DNA of 64,000 nucleotides from an uncultured Gammaproteobacteria bacterium (lineage in GTDB: Bacteria; Patescibacteriota; Microgenomatia; Levybacterales; UBA12049): NCBI GenBank assembly GCA_964540055.1, contig CAZILC010000002.1, positions 5,663-69,662 on the forward strand, written 5' to 3'. Made by a program: the position numbers and the translations under genes. Numbering within the stretch: the first letter of the stretch is position 1; every line of letters begins with the position of its first letter. Of the stretch, positions 37,828 to 47,819 are shown in pieces. The notes under the pieces were generated by a model, which had not been told where the DNA came from, searched no databases, and saw nothing but the letters and a program-made list of their open reading frames with translations.

Positions 37828-39219
37828 ATGAGTAAACAAAACTTTACAACTTACCAATCCCCCTTCACCTGGCGCTATGGCTCCGAAAAAATGCGCTTCA
37901 TCTGGTCAGAAGAAAATAAGTTCGCAACCATGCGCGGCATCTGGGTCGAACTTGCAACGGTACAAAAGGAATTAGGCCTCGTATCGCAGGCAGAACTGGA
38001 CGATCTGAAAAAATTCCAAAACGAAATCGACATCGAACGGATTCTGGAAATCGAAAAAGAAACCAAACATGACATCGTTGCGGCCATCAAAGAGTACGCA
38101 GAAAAAGCAAAAACAGGCGGCGGCAAAATTCATCTCGGTGCAACAAGCATGGATATCGTCGACAACACCGATTCTGTCAGGATAAAAGAATCACTCGGAA
38201 TAATAGAAAAACACCTCGAAGATATCCTCAAAACGTTTGCAAATCAAATTGAAAAATATGCAGAAACCACTTGCATGGCATATACACATTTACAACCTGC
38301 CGAACCCACAACTATCGGGTATCGACTCTCACTGTATGCACAAGATTTACTCGAAGATCTCACCTTTTTGCAATTTGTAAAACAGCACTACAAAGCAAAA
38401 GGTTTCAAAGGTGCTGTCGGAACGCAAGCTAGTTACACAAGTCTTTTGAATAATAACCAAACAGAAGAAATGGAACAAAAAGTAATGGCCAAACTTGGAC
38501 TTGAGCCTGTTTTAATTGCCAACCAAGTCGGTCCGCGAAAAGCAGATCTTTTTGTCGCCCAACTTCTCTCCTCAATCGCACAATCGCTCAACAAATTTGC
38601 ATTTGATGTCCGTCTTATGCAGTCCGCTGGACTTGGCGAATGGCAGGAACCATTCGGAGAAAAACAAGTCGGCTCAAGTGCCATGCCATTCAAAAAAAAT
38701 CCGAGAAAATCCGAACAAATTTGCTCACTCGCGCGATATGTAGAAAACCTCTCAGCCAACGCATGGGACAATGCATCACTCTCACTTCTTGAAAGAACCC
38801 TTGATGATAGCGCCAACAGACGAGTATATATTCCGGAAATGTTCCTGGCACTTGAAGACATTCTTATCTCAAGCAATCAGGTAATTTCAGGCCTCATCAT
38901 CCATCAGGGTCAGGTTGAAAATAATCTCAACAAATTCGCGCCATTCTCGGCAACTGAATTGGTAATTGTCGAAACCGTCAAAAAAGGCGCCAACCGCCAA
39001 GAAATGCATGAAGTATTACGAGAAATTTCAATGTCTGCCTGGAAAGAAGTCGCAGAAGCCAGAGCAAATCCAATGAAAGAACTCTTGCAGAAAAATGAAA
39101 CGATCAAAAAATATTTATCAATAGAAGAAGTAGAAAAACTAATGGATGTAGCATCTCACATCGGTACTGCCCCCGAGCGAGCAAAAAAACTCGCAGCAAC
39201 TATTAAACAACAAATATAA
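37828..39219 (+). CDS. purB: adenylosuccinate lyase
   Basis: 463 aa with the fumarate-lyase signature 'GSSAMPFKKNP'. Confidence 0.93.
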   Translation: MSKQNFTTYQSPFTWRYGSEKMRFIWSEENKFATMRGIWVELATVQKELGLVSQAELDDLKKFQNEIDIERILEIEKETKHDIVAAIKEYAEKAKTGGGKIHLGATSMDIVDNTDSVRIKESLGIIEKHLEDILKTFANQIEKYAETTCMAYTHLQPAEPTTIGYRLSLYAQDLLEDLTFLQFVKQHYKAKGFKGAVGTQASYTSLLNNNQTEEMEQKVMAKLGLEPVLIANQVGPRKADLFVAQLLSSIAQSLNKFAFDVRLMQSAGLGEWQEPFGEKQVGSSAMPFKKNPRKSEQICSLARYVENLSANAWDNASLSLLERTLDDSANRRVYIPEMFLALEDILISSNQVISGLIIHQGQVENNLNKFAPFSATELVIVETVKKGANRQEMHEVLREISMSAWKEVAEARANPMKELLQKNETIKKYLSIEEVEKLMDVASHIGTAPERAKKLAATIKQQI

Positions 39220-39221
39220 TT

Positions 39222-40349
39222 ATGAAGAACAGAATAGGTATCGTCGGCGGTGGACAGTTAGGGAAAATGATGGCACTTCCTGCAAAGAGTATGGGATTTA
39301 CTGTCACTGTCACTGACCCAACTCCAGGCTCACCTGCAGGACAATGCGTTGATCGTGAAATACTTGGCGGATACAGCGACGAAAAAGCAACACGAGAACT
39401 AGCAAAAGTTTCAGACTTCATAACCGTTGAAATAGAACACATCAATACAGACACTTTGGCAGATCTTGCCAAAAAGGGCATGCCCGTCAATCCATCTCCT
39501 AAAACAATTGAGATCATCAAAAATAAATTCGCCCAAAAAGAATTTCTCACCAAAGCTGGTATTCCCGTTGCTCCCTATATTGGAGTCGAAAACAAAGCAG
39601 ATATTCTTGCTGCCGCCAAAAAATTCGGCTATCCATTTCTTCTTAAAGCACGATTTGATGCCTATGATGGCCGCGGGAATGCATTGATCAAAACTACAAA
39701 AGATATCGATAAGGCTCTGGATAAATTTGGTGATCGCAAACTGTATGTTGAGCAATATGTTCCATTTGAAAAAGAGTTGGCAATCATGATCGCACGAGGC
39801 GGAAAAGGTGAAATCGTTCCTTATCCGGTCGTTGAAACGATTCATAAAAATAATATTCTTCATCTCTGTATTGCTCCTGCACGAGTTGATAAAAAAATTG
39901 CTGACAAAGCGAAAAATTTTGCGATAAAAACCATGGAGCACCTGCACGGAGCAGGAGTTTTTGGAATTGAAATGTTTCTTACCAAAGATCACAAAGTTCT
40001 CATCAACGAAATCGCGCCACGTGTTCATAACAGTGGGCACTACACAACAGAAGCATGTGCGACATCACAATTCGAACAACATATTCGTGCCATAACCGGC
40101 TTACCGCTTGGCAAACCCGATATGGTCGTCCCGGCAGCAGTTATGGTAAATATTCTGGGTGAGCGGCTTGGACCGGTTGATGTACAAGGAATGGATAAAG
40201 TGCTCGCGATTCCCGGGGCGTATGTGCATATTTATGGAAAAAAAGAAACAAAACCTGAAAGAAAAATGGGACATATTACCGTCATTGGTGATAAAATAGA
40301 AGATGTTATTAAAAAAGCAGAAAAAGCGAGAAAATTACTATCTATTTAA
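39222..40349 (+). CDS. purK: N5-carboxyaminoimidazole ribonucleotide synthase
   Basis: 375 aa ATP-grasp protein with '[13 protein letters not shown]', directly upstream of purE. Confidence 0.9.
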   Translation: MKNRIGIVGGGQLGKMMALPAKSMGFTVTVTDPTPGSPAGQCVDREILGGYSDEKATRELAKVSDFITVEIEHINTDTLADLAKKGMPVNPSPKTIEIIKNKFAQKEFLTKAGIPVAPYIGVENKADILAAAKKFGYPFLLKARFDAYDGRGNALIKTTKDIDKALDKFGDRKLYVEQYVPFEKELAIMIARGGKGEIVPYPVVETIHKNNILHLCIAPARVDKKIADKAKNFAIKTMEHLHGAGVFGIEMFLTKDHKVLINEIAPRVHNSGHYTTEACATSQFEQHIRAITGLPLGKPDMVVPAAVMVNILGERLGPVDVQGMDKVLAIPGAYVHIYGKKETKPERKMGHITVIGDKIEDVIKKAEKARKLLSI

Positions 40350-40350
40350 T

Positions 40351-40875
40351 ATGTACAAACCATTAGTCGGAATAATCATGGGCTCAGATTCGGATCTTCC
40401 TGTTATGCAGGAAGCTGCCAATCAATTGGATGAACTCGGCATTGCCTACGAAATAACAATAGTTTCTGCACATCGGACACCAAATCGAATGTATGAATAT
40501 GCGAAAAATGCAGTTGAAAACGGACTGCAAGTAATTATTGCAGGTGCTGGAGGTTCAGCACATTTACCGGGTATGACAGCCTCCATGACTACTCTTCCAG
40601 TCATTGGCGTACCGATAAAGACAAAAACTATGGACGGACTTGATTCGCTTCTCTCAATTGTTCAGATGCCTCCAGGAATTCCTGTTGCAACTGTAGCGGT
40701 TAATGGCGCAAAAAATGCCGGACTCCTCGCTGCAAAAATTATCGGTGCCGGAAATAAAGAAGTTCAGAACAAACTCAAAGATTATGCAGAGAATCTTCAA
40801 GACTCAGTGATGAAAAAAGTAGAGAAATTAGATGAGGTAGGATTTAAAAAATATCTTGAAGAGTACAAGAAATAA
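40351..40875 (+). CDS. purE: N5-CAIR mutase
   Basis: The start is at the ATG at 40351, 1 nt after the purK stop. Motifs '[14 protein letters not shown]' and '[10 protein letters not shown]'. Confidence 0.93.
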   Translation: MYKPLVGIIMGSDSDLPVMQEAANQLDELGIAYEITIVSAHRTPNRMYEYAKNAVENGLQVIIAGAGGSAHLPGMTASMTTLPVIGVPIKTKTMDGLDSLLSIVQMPPGIPVATVAVNGAKNAGLLAAKIIGAGNKEVQNKLKDYAENLQDSVMKKVEKLDEVGFKKYLEEYKK

Positions 40876-41850
40876 ATGATTCAATCCAAAACAATTATCG
40901 CCGCACTGCCCAACTCACTCGAAACTATTGATCTCCCACAACTTGGAAAGAAATACCAGGGCAAAGTCCGTGATTTTTATATTCTCAAAGACAAGCGAGT
41001 AACCATCACCACCGATAGGCAATCTGCTTTTGATGTCATTCTTGGTAATATTCCCTTCAAAGGCGCAGTGCTTAATCAACTCGCAGCATTCTGGTTTGAA
41101 AAAACAAAGAACATTGTCCCAAATCATCTTATCTCAGTACCCGACCCAAATGTATTGGTTTCAAAAAACTGTAAACCGATTCCGGTTGAGATGGTCGTTC
41201 GCGGCTATCTTTCGGGAGTGACCAAAACATCAGTTTGGTATTCATACGAAAAAGGAGAACGGACCATCTACGGAATGCAATTTCCTGATGGTATGAAAAA
41301 AAATCAAAAACTCCCAACGCCGATTATCACACCAACAACACACCCTGAAGCCGGAAGCAATTTACATGATGAACGTCTTACGCGAGATGAGATTATAAAA
41401 AGGAAAATCGTTGAAAAAAAACTGTATGAGCAGATGGAAAAAGTGGCTCTCGAACTTTTTTCTTTTGGGCAAAAATGGTGCGAAGCACATGGACTAATTC
41501 TCGTTGACACCAAATATGAATTTGGCCTCTATGATGGAAAACTTATGCTAATGGATGAAATTCACACACCCGATAGTTCACGTTTTTGGATAGAAAAAAC
41601 ATACAAAGATAGACTCAAACGCGGTCTCGAACCGGAAAATTTTGACAAAGAATTTTTAAGACTTTGGTATGCCAAACGCGGCTACACTGGTGACGGCAAG
41701 CCCCCAAAAATGACTAAAGAATTGGCAGTTGAACTCTCAAAACGCTATATCCAAACCTATGAAATGCTCAGTGGAAAAACGTTTAAACCTTTTCCCTATC
41801 CTATTGAAGATAGGATCAAACAGAACCTCAAAAAATCGGGTATACTCTAA
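40876..41850 (+). CDS. purC: SAICAR synthase
   Basis: 324 aa with 'GKVRDFY' and 'LILVDTKYEFG'. Confidence 0.9.
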   Translation: MIQSKTIIAALPNSLETIDLPQLGKKYQGKVRDFYILKDKRVTITTDRQSAFDVILGNIPFKGAVLNQLAAFWFEKTKNIVPNHLISVPDPNVLVSKNCKPIPVEMVVRGYLSGVTKTSVWYSYEKGERTIYGMQFPDGMKKNQKLPTPIITPTTHPEAGSNLHDERLTRDEIIKRKIVEKKLYEQMEKVALELFSFGQKWCEAHGLILVDTKYEFGLYDGKLMLMDEIHTPDSSRFWIEKTYKDRLKRGLEPENFDKEFLRLWYAKRGYTGDGKPPKMTKELAVELSKRYIQTYEMLSGKTFKPFPYPIEDRIKQNLKKSGIL

Positions 41851-41852
41851 TC

Positions 41853-42704
41853 ATGTCTCTTCTTAACAATTGGATTTTTCTTGCCATAATCGCAGGGCTT
41901 GCTTCAAATGCATTTAATTTCATAAACCGGTATTTATTAAAAGACGATGAAGACTCGACAGCTTATACATGGTTTTATGAAATCATGCGATTTTTTGTAT
42001 TTGCGCTCATTGCGATTGTTGACTGGAAGTTGGTAATAACTTCATACTCAGCCATCATCTTTTGGCTTTTGGGAGTTACCGAATGGATCGCTGCCTATTG
42101 GTATATGAAAATGCATGAACATGCACATCTTTCGATTTCATCGATCCTGTCCCGGACCAGACTAATCTGGGTGCCGATTCTTGCCTTCTTTATTATTCAC
42201 GAGAGTTTAAAAGTTACTGACTATATTGGTATCATAATCCTATTTGGTGGTTTATGTGTAGTTGTAAGTCCCAAAAAAATGATGATGGATAAAGGCGCAA
42301 CATATGCCAATCTTGCCGCAGTTATGATCGCATTTAATATTGTCCTGACCAAAATGATTCTTCCTTACGGATCAAATGCTGTAATTAATGCAGCAATGGC
42401 TTTGATTCCTGCATTGCTCTTTCCTTTTTTTATTCCTAACAGTACGGTGCGTTTGAAAAAAATATTTCACAATAATTTGAAAGTAAAACTACTCGCAATA
42501 GCAGTTAACGCAATTTCAATTTATGTTTTTACAGCAGCACTTCGTTTTGGCGATTCAGGAAAAGTCACTGCTGTTTATCAAGGGATGATAATTGTCTCAA
42601 TTCTTGCAGGGATTATTTTTCTTAAAGAACGCACTGATATCGGCAAAAAACTTATTGGAGCTGCGATTACAATAATCGGTGTTGTAGTTTTAAGCCTATA
42701 TTGA
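41853..42704 (+). CDS. EamA/DMT-family transporter
   Basis: 283 aa with about 10 TM segments in a duplicated 5+5 arrangement. It lies inside the pur operon. Confidence 0.78.
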   Translation: MSLLNNWIFLAIIAGLASNAFNFINRYLLKDDEDSTAYTWFYEIMRFFVFALIAIVDWKLVITSYSAIIFWLLGVTEWIAAYWYMKMHEHAHLSISSILSRTRLIWVPILAFFIIHESLKVTDYIGIIILFGGLCVVVSPKKMMMDKGATYANLAAVMIAFNIVLTKMILPYGSNAVINAAMALIPALLFPFFIPNSTVRLKKIFHNNLKVKLLAIAVNAISIYVFTAALRFGDSGKVTAVYQGMIIVSILAGIIFLKERTDIGKKLIGAAITIIGVVVLSLY

Positions 42705-42723
42705 TACAATAGGCTCACTCAGT

Positions 42724-43833
42724 ATGAAAAAACAAAAAATATCATATAAAGAATCAGGAGTAAATTACGAAGCAATGGACCCGATAAAAGTACTCGCACA
42801 GCTTCGCGCAAAAGCTACAGCAAATAACCTCAAACGCTTTGACTCCTTGGAAATCGCCGCGAGTCGTGGAGAATCGGCATATGTATGGGAAGAAAAAGAT
42901 ACCTACCGGGCATTTGTTGTTGAGGGACTTGGAACGAAAAATCTTGTCGCAGATGATACCCGCACATTCACGAAAAAAACTCATTATGAAGCCATCGCAC
43001 AGGATACTGTTGCAATGATTGTAAATGACCTTATCGTTGTTGGTGCTGACCCGCAAGTGGTAAATGCCTATTTTGCAGTTGGCAGCAGTGATTGGTTTTC
43101 AGATAATGAAAGAGCAACAGACCTCGTTGAAGGATGGGCAAAAGCATGTGATATGGCGGGCGCTGTCTGGGGAGGCGGCGAGACTCCTACCTTAAAAGGT
43201 GTAATTGAACCTGCAACAATTGATCTTGCCGGAAGCGCGATTGGTGTCATAAATCCAAAAAAACGACTAACGTTGGGAGAAAAATTAGAAGCAGGTGACG
43301 CAATTGTATTGATTGAATCAAGCGGAATTCATTCAAATGGTCTCACACTTGCACGCTCCATTGCATCCAAGCTTCCAGCTGGATACAAAACCAAACTTCC
43401 AGACGGCACAAGTTATGGAGAATCCATCCTCGCTCCTACACATATTTATGCCAAACTCGTAAACGACGCGTTTGCTTCAGGTATTGCTATCCACTATATG
43501 GCAAATATCACCGGTCACGGCTGGCGAAAAATTATGCGAGCGAGCAAAGAATTTACCTACCGCATGACAGCAGTTCCTCAAGTACAACCTATTTTTCAAT
43601 TTATTCAAGAGCACTCAGGCAATGATGATCAAGAAATGTACGGTAACTTCAATATGGGTGCAGGTTTTGCATTCTTTATCAATAAAAAAGATATCAAAAA
43701 GTTGCTAAACGTTGCAAAGGATAATAACTATCAAGCATGGCACGCGGGAAATGTTGAAAAAGGAGAAAAACAAGTCATTATCGAACCACTGGACATATTC
43801 TTCAAAGGAGAAACACTCCAAGTCAAAGCATAA
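42724..43833 (+). CDS. purM: AIR synthase (phosphoribosylformylglycinamidine cyclo-ligase)
   Basis: 369 aa with 'YKESGVNYEAMD', 'DLIVVGADP' and 'GNFNMGAGF'. Confidence 0.85.
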   Translation: MKKQKISYKESGVNYEAMDPIKVLAQLRAKATANNLKRFDSLEIAASRGESAYVWEEKDTYRAFVVEGLGTKNLVADDTRTFTKKTHYEAIAQDTVAMIVNDLIVVGADPQVVNAYFAVGSSDWFSDNERATDLVEGWAKACDMAGAVWGGGETPTLKGVIEPATIDLAGSAIGVINPKKRLTLGEKLEAGDAIVLIESSGIHSNGLTLARSIASKLPAGYKTKLPDGTSYGESILAPTHIYAKLVNDAFASGIAIHYMANITGHGWRKIMRASKEFTYRMTAVPQVQPIFQFIQEHSGNDDQEMYGNFNMGAGFAFFINKKDIKKLLNVAKDNNYQAWHAGNVEKGEKQVIIEPLDIFFKGETLQVKA

Positions 43834-43837
43834 TTTC

Positions 43838-43880
43838 ATTGTAAGAAATTTGTAAGAACAAACCTATCAAATTGTAATAG
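43838..43880 (+). repeat. three helically phased direct repeats (A/T)TTGTAA(G/T)A
   Basis: TTGTAAGAA at 43839 and 43850 and TTGTAATA at 43872. The spacings are 11 and 22 nt, starting 6 nt after the purM stop. Confidence 0.4.
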
Positions 43881-44030
43881 AGTCCTACAAAGCACAGCAA
43901 AATATATCTTTCTCTACCATTCCCTTCTTCAACTTGTGATCAATCTCACTTGACACTATTTTTACTGATCTGATACGCTAGATACAGGCGGTGGTGTTAC
44001 CGTTTTTTGGTAATTTTCACCGTACAATTT

Positions 44031-45845
44031 ATGATAAGACTTGTAGGAACTGCTTTAAAAGACGGAGATATTAATTTATATTATTCCTACGATAAAAACT
44101 CCAAATCTTACTTCAAAATGATCACCAGCCGGGACGGCTTCGAATTTAATGGAATGACAAAATATATTATTGTCACCGATCCCAAAGGCCGTGAAGAACA
44201 AAAATACGATTGGTCACGCTTCATTGTCAGCAAACAAAAAGAGCATTACTTGGTGACATACAAAGGTAATTCCTCAAACGCAAACAATTTTAATATAGCG
44301 GAATCAAAACAAATGCTTCGCTGGACCAAGATAGGAAAGATTGCAAATATCAAAGAAGTAGGAGCAATAGTTCCGAATTTTCAGTATAAAAACCGTTATG
44401 TTTTATATTATGGAGAAAAAGAAATAAAACTGGCGTATTCTTCATCACTCACCCAATGGAAAGAATTCGACGAACCAGTACTTGAAAATAAAGACGGTAA
44501 GCAGTTAGAAGTTGCCAAAGTCTATAATCAAAAGGATCATATCCTTGTCTTCTATTACGAGAAAACAAAGCACAAAACCAATAATTATCACGCTGTTGGA
44601 GCTGCAGGATTTGATACTAAAGATCCGTCGAAACTTTTGTGGATCATGGACAAGCCTTTGTGGGAAGTCCCTGAGCAATTTAAAAAAGATGATGTCAAAC
44701 CGGTCGGTATCGAAATGTTGCCTGATAGGTGCGTACTGTACTGGGCAGTAAATAATGATACCGTCTATGCTGTCTCCTGTCCACTTCCGCCGAATGGAAG
44801 TCTTAAGGATAAACATATCCAGATACTGCTTAAAAAACATCCGGAAAATCCGATTATTGCTCCGAATCCTGAGAATAAATGGGAATCACGCGCAACGTTT
44901 AACAGTGCTGCACTTTTGGAAAACGGCAAAGTGCATTTTGTTTACCGGGCACTTGGAGAAAGTGATCTATCTGTTCTTGGATACGCGACAAGTTCTGATG
45001 GACTGACAATTGATGAGCGTTCCGATGAACCTATTTATATCCCTCGCGAACCTTTTGAAACACCTGGTGGACATAGATTCAAAACGTTTGCAGATCACTG
45101 GGCATCTGGTGGCGGATATGGTGGTATTGAAGATCCTCGTATCACAAAAGTTGAAGATACTATTTATATGACGTATGTTGCATTTGATGGCGCAACACCA
45201 CCTCGAGTTGCCTTAACATCGATCCCAGTTGATTCCTTCCTCAATAGAGAATGGGATAAATGGGAAACGCCAAAATTGATTTCAGCTCCAGGCATGGTTA
45301 ATAAAAGCGCAGTAGTATTCCCTGAAAAAATTAACGGAAAATTTGTCATGCTTCATCGAGTTTATCCCAATATCCTCATTGACGAACTTGATGATCTAAA
45401 ATTTGCCGATGATACCTATCTCACCGGCCAGTACTTTATCCCTCCACGCCGGAAACACTGGGATAGTAAAAAAGTCGGCGCCGGTGCGCCTCCCATGAAA
45501 ACTAAGGACGGTTGGCTATTGATCTATCAATCGGTTGGCTATCAAGATCCAGGAAGATACAAAATCGGTGCCATGATGCTTGATAAAGAAAATCCGTCAA
45601 AAGTTCTCTACCGAACGAACAATCCAATTCTCTCTCCTGTTGAGCACTATGAAAACGGCGGATTTAAATCAGGAGTTGTCTATCCATGTGGAGCCGTTAT
45701 AAAAGATGGCAAACTCCTTGTCTATTACGGTGGAGGTGACACCTATGTAAACGCTGCTGAAGCGGATCTTGATAAATTCCTCTATCAAATGAAACACCAC
45801 CAACAGCCAAAAATGCGAAGAGTAACGAGCCCGATATTGAATTAA
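44031..45845 (+). CDS. two-domain GH130-family protein (degenerate N-domain plus canonical C-domain)
   Basis: The C-terminal half has 'HPENPIIAPNPENKWESRATFNSAAL', 'GGIEDPRITK' and 'YYGGGDT'. The N-terminal half has only weak beta-propeller-like similarity. The ATG at 44031 is preferred over the TTG at 44007. Confidence 0.78.
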   Translation: MIRLVGTALKDGDINLYYSYDKNSKSYFKMITSRDGFEFNGMTKYIIVTDPKGREEQKYDWSRFIVSKQKEHYLVTYKGNSSNANNFNIAESKQMLRWTKIGKIANIKEVGAIVPNFQYKNRYVLYYGEKEIKLAYSSSLTQWKEFDEPVLENKDGKQLEVAKVYNQKDHILVFYYEKTKHKTNNYHAVGAAGFDTKDPSKLLWIMDKPLWEVPEQFKKDDVKPVGIEMLPDRCVLYWAVNNDTVYAVSCPLPPNGSLKDKHIQILLKKHPENPIIAPNPENKWESRATFNSAALLENGKVHFVYRALGESDLSVLGYATSSDGLTIDERSDEPIYIPREPFETPGGHRFKTFADHWASGGGYGGIEDPRITKVEDTIYMTYVAFDGATPPRVALTSIPVDSFLNREWDKWETPKLISAPGMVNKSAVVFPEKINGKFVMLHRVYPNILIDELDDLKFADDTYLTGQYFIPPRRKHWDSKKVGAGAPPMKTKDGWLLIYQSVGYQDPGRYKIGAMMLDKENPSKVLYRTNNPILSPVEHYENGGFKSGVVYPCGAVIKDGKLLVYYGGGDTYVNAAEADLDKFLYQMKHHQQPKMRRVTSPILN

Positions 45846-45863
45846 TTTTTTAGTTTTCAATTA

Positions 45864-47807
45864 ATGATTACCTTTCAGCGTCACCCCGAAAATCCGATAT
45901 TAGTACCAAACCCTGACCATGAATGGGAGCATGATGGGGCGTTTAATGGCTGTGTTGCCTATAACGACGGTACGTATCATATGGTCTACCGTGCGTTATC
46001 TTCAGAGAAACGGCAAAACGGAGTCAGTCTTCGTGTTTCAACCGTTGGTTACGCACAAAGTAAAGATGGAGTACATTTTACCGATCAAAGACAGCTTTTC
46101 GGTCCGACGGAAGATTGGGAAGTGTATGGAGTTGAAGATCCGCGTATCACCTTCTTTAAAGGCAAATTTTATATTTATTACACTGCGCTTTCTAACTACC
46201 CTTTTAGTGCTTATGGGATAAAAACTGCTGTTGCAATTACCGAAGATTTCCAAACATTTCACAAACATCCGGTCAGTACGTTCAACGCAAAAGCAATGGC
46301 ACTTTTTCCTGATCTCATAAAAGGAAAAATGGGAGCGCTGATTACCATGAACACTGACCTGCCTCCTGCAAAAATCGGAGTCGCCTATTTTGACCGGGAA
46401 GAAGATATGTGGTCACCGTATTATTGGGATGAGTTTTACGAAAATTCAGGATCACACGTAATCCATCTGCTCCGTGACATGCGAGATCAGGTAGAGCTCG
46501 GCGCTGCTCCGATTAAAACAAAGGACGGCTGGCTTTTTATTTATTCATATATTACGGATTACATGTCAAACGAGAAAAAATTTGGTATCGAAGCAGTGCT
46601 ACTGGATCTTGATCATCCACGTCATGTCATTGGCAGGACAAAAGATTCACTCCTTACACCGCAAGCTGATTACGAATTACGAGGAGATGTTCCAAATGTT
46701 ATTTTTCCATCCGGCGCTCTTATTAAAGATGATGATTTCTACCTATATTATGGTGCTGCAGATACTCGAGTAGCGCTGGCCACGTGCAAAATAAAAGATT
46801 TACTTGATGAAATAAGACCAAAAGCAGAAACTCCGATAGCGCGTATTGAAAGTGAGAATAACAAACTTGTCAGGTTTTCTGGTAACCCGATTCTCACACC
46901 AATTATCGAATGGGATTGGCAATCACGGGCGGTATTTAATCCCGCGGCAATTTATGAAGACGGTAAAGTACATCTCATTTATCGTGCATTGTCACAGGAT
47001 GGAATTTCTGTATTGGGATATGCAGTAAGTAACGATGGATTGCATATTGATGAAAACCTTGATTATCCAATTTATGTGCCCCGTGAAGATTTTGAAAAAA
47101 GAAGAAGACCTGATGTGGGTGGAGGATGTGAAGATCCAAGAATTACTGAATTTCAGGACAGGTTTTATATGACCTATACTGCATGGGATGGTGTCAGTCC
47201 GCCCCGTGTTGCACTCACATCAATCAGCGTTGAAGATTTTTTGAGAAGACAGTGGAACTGGGAAAAACCAATTCTCATTTCTTTGCCTAACGTTGACGAT
47301 AAAGATGCCTGTATCTTAAAAAACAGATATGGAAAATATATTGTATTTCACCGGTTGGGCAGTGAAATCTGGATCGATGTAAAAGATCGTATGGATTTTG
47401 GCGAAGATAAATTCCTTGGCGGAAAAGAAGTCGCGCTTCCAAGACCTGATAAATGGGACAATGTCAAGCTTGGCATATCTGCTCCTCCAATTGAAACAGA
47501 ACATGGATTTGTACTTCTCTATCACGGTGTTTCAGAACCTGGATTTAAATACAAAGTCGGCGCGATGCTTCTTGATGATGAGGATCCGACAAAAGTCCTT
47601 GCTCGCACCAATGAACCATTATTTGAGCCTGAGACACCTTATGAAATCGAAGGTGAAGTTCCCAATGTCGTCTTCCCTTGCGGTGCACTGGTAATCAAAG
47701 ATGATTTGTATGTGTATTATGGAGGAGCTGATAAAGTGATTGGGGTAGCAACTATGAAGTTCCAAGATCTCATTGATCAACTTTTGAAAATCAAAAATAA
47801 TGGATAG
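45864..47807 (+). CDS. tandem GH130-family glycoside phosphorylase/hydrolase (two complete domains)
   Basis: Domain 1 has 'HPENPILVPNPDHEWEHDGAFNG', 'GVEDPRIT' and 'YYGAADT'. Domain 2 has 'GNPILTPIIEWDWQSRAVFNPAA', 'GCEDPRIT' and 'YYGGADK'. Confidence 0.85.
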   Translation: MITFQRHPENPILVPNPDHEWEHDGAFNGCVAYNDGTYHMVYRALSSEKRQNGVSLRVSTVGYAQSKDGVHFTDQRQLFGPTEDWEVYGVEDPRITFFKGKFYIYYTALSNYPFSAYGIKTAVAITEDFQTFHKHPVSTFNAKAMALFPDLIKGKMGALITMNTDLPPAKIGVAYFDREEDMWSPYYWDEFYENSGSHVIHLLRDMRDQVELGAAPIKTKDGWLFIYSYITDYMSNEKKFGIEAVLLDLDHPRHVIGRTKDSLLTPQADYELRGDVPNVIFPSGALIKDDDFYLYYGAADTRVALATCKIKDLLDEIRPKAETPIARIESENNKLVRFSGNPILTPIIEWDWQSRAVFNPAAIYEDGKVHLIYRALSQDGISVLGYAVSNDGLHIDENLDYPIYVPREDFEKRRRPDVGGGCEDPRITEFQDRFYMTYTAWDGVSPPRVALTSISVEDFLRRQWNWEKPILISLPNVDDKDACILKNRYGKYIVFHRLGSEIWIDVKDRMDFGEDKFLGGKEVALPRPDKWDNVKLGISAPPIETEHGFVLLYHGVSEPGFKYKVGAMLLDDEDPTKVLARTNEPLFEPETPYEIEGEVPNVVFPCGALVIKDDLYVYYGGADKVIGVATMKFQDLIDQLLKIKNNG

Positions 47808-47819
47808 TACTTTATAGAA

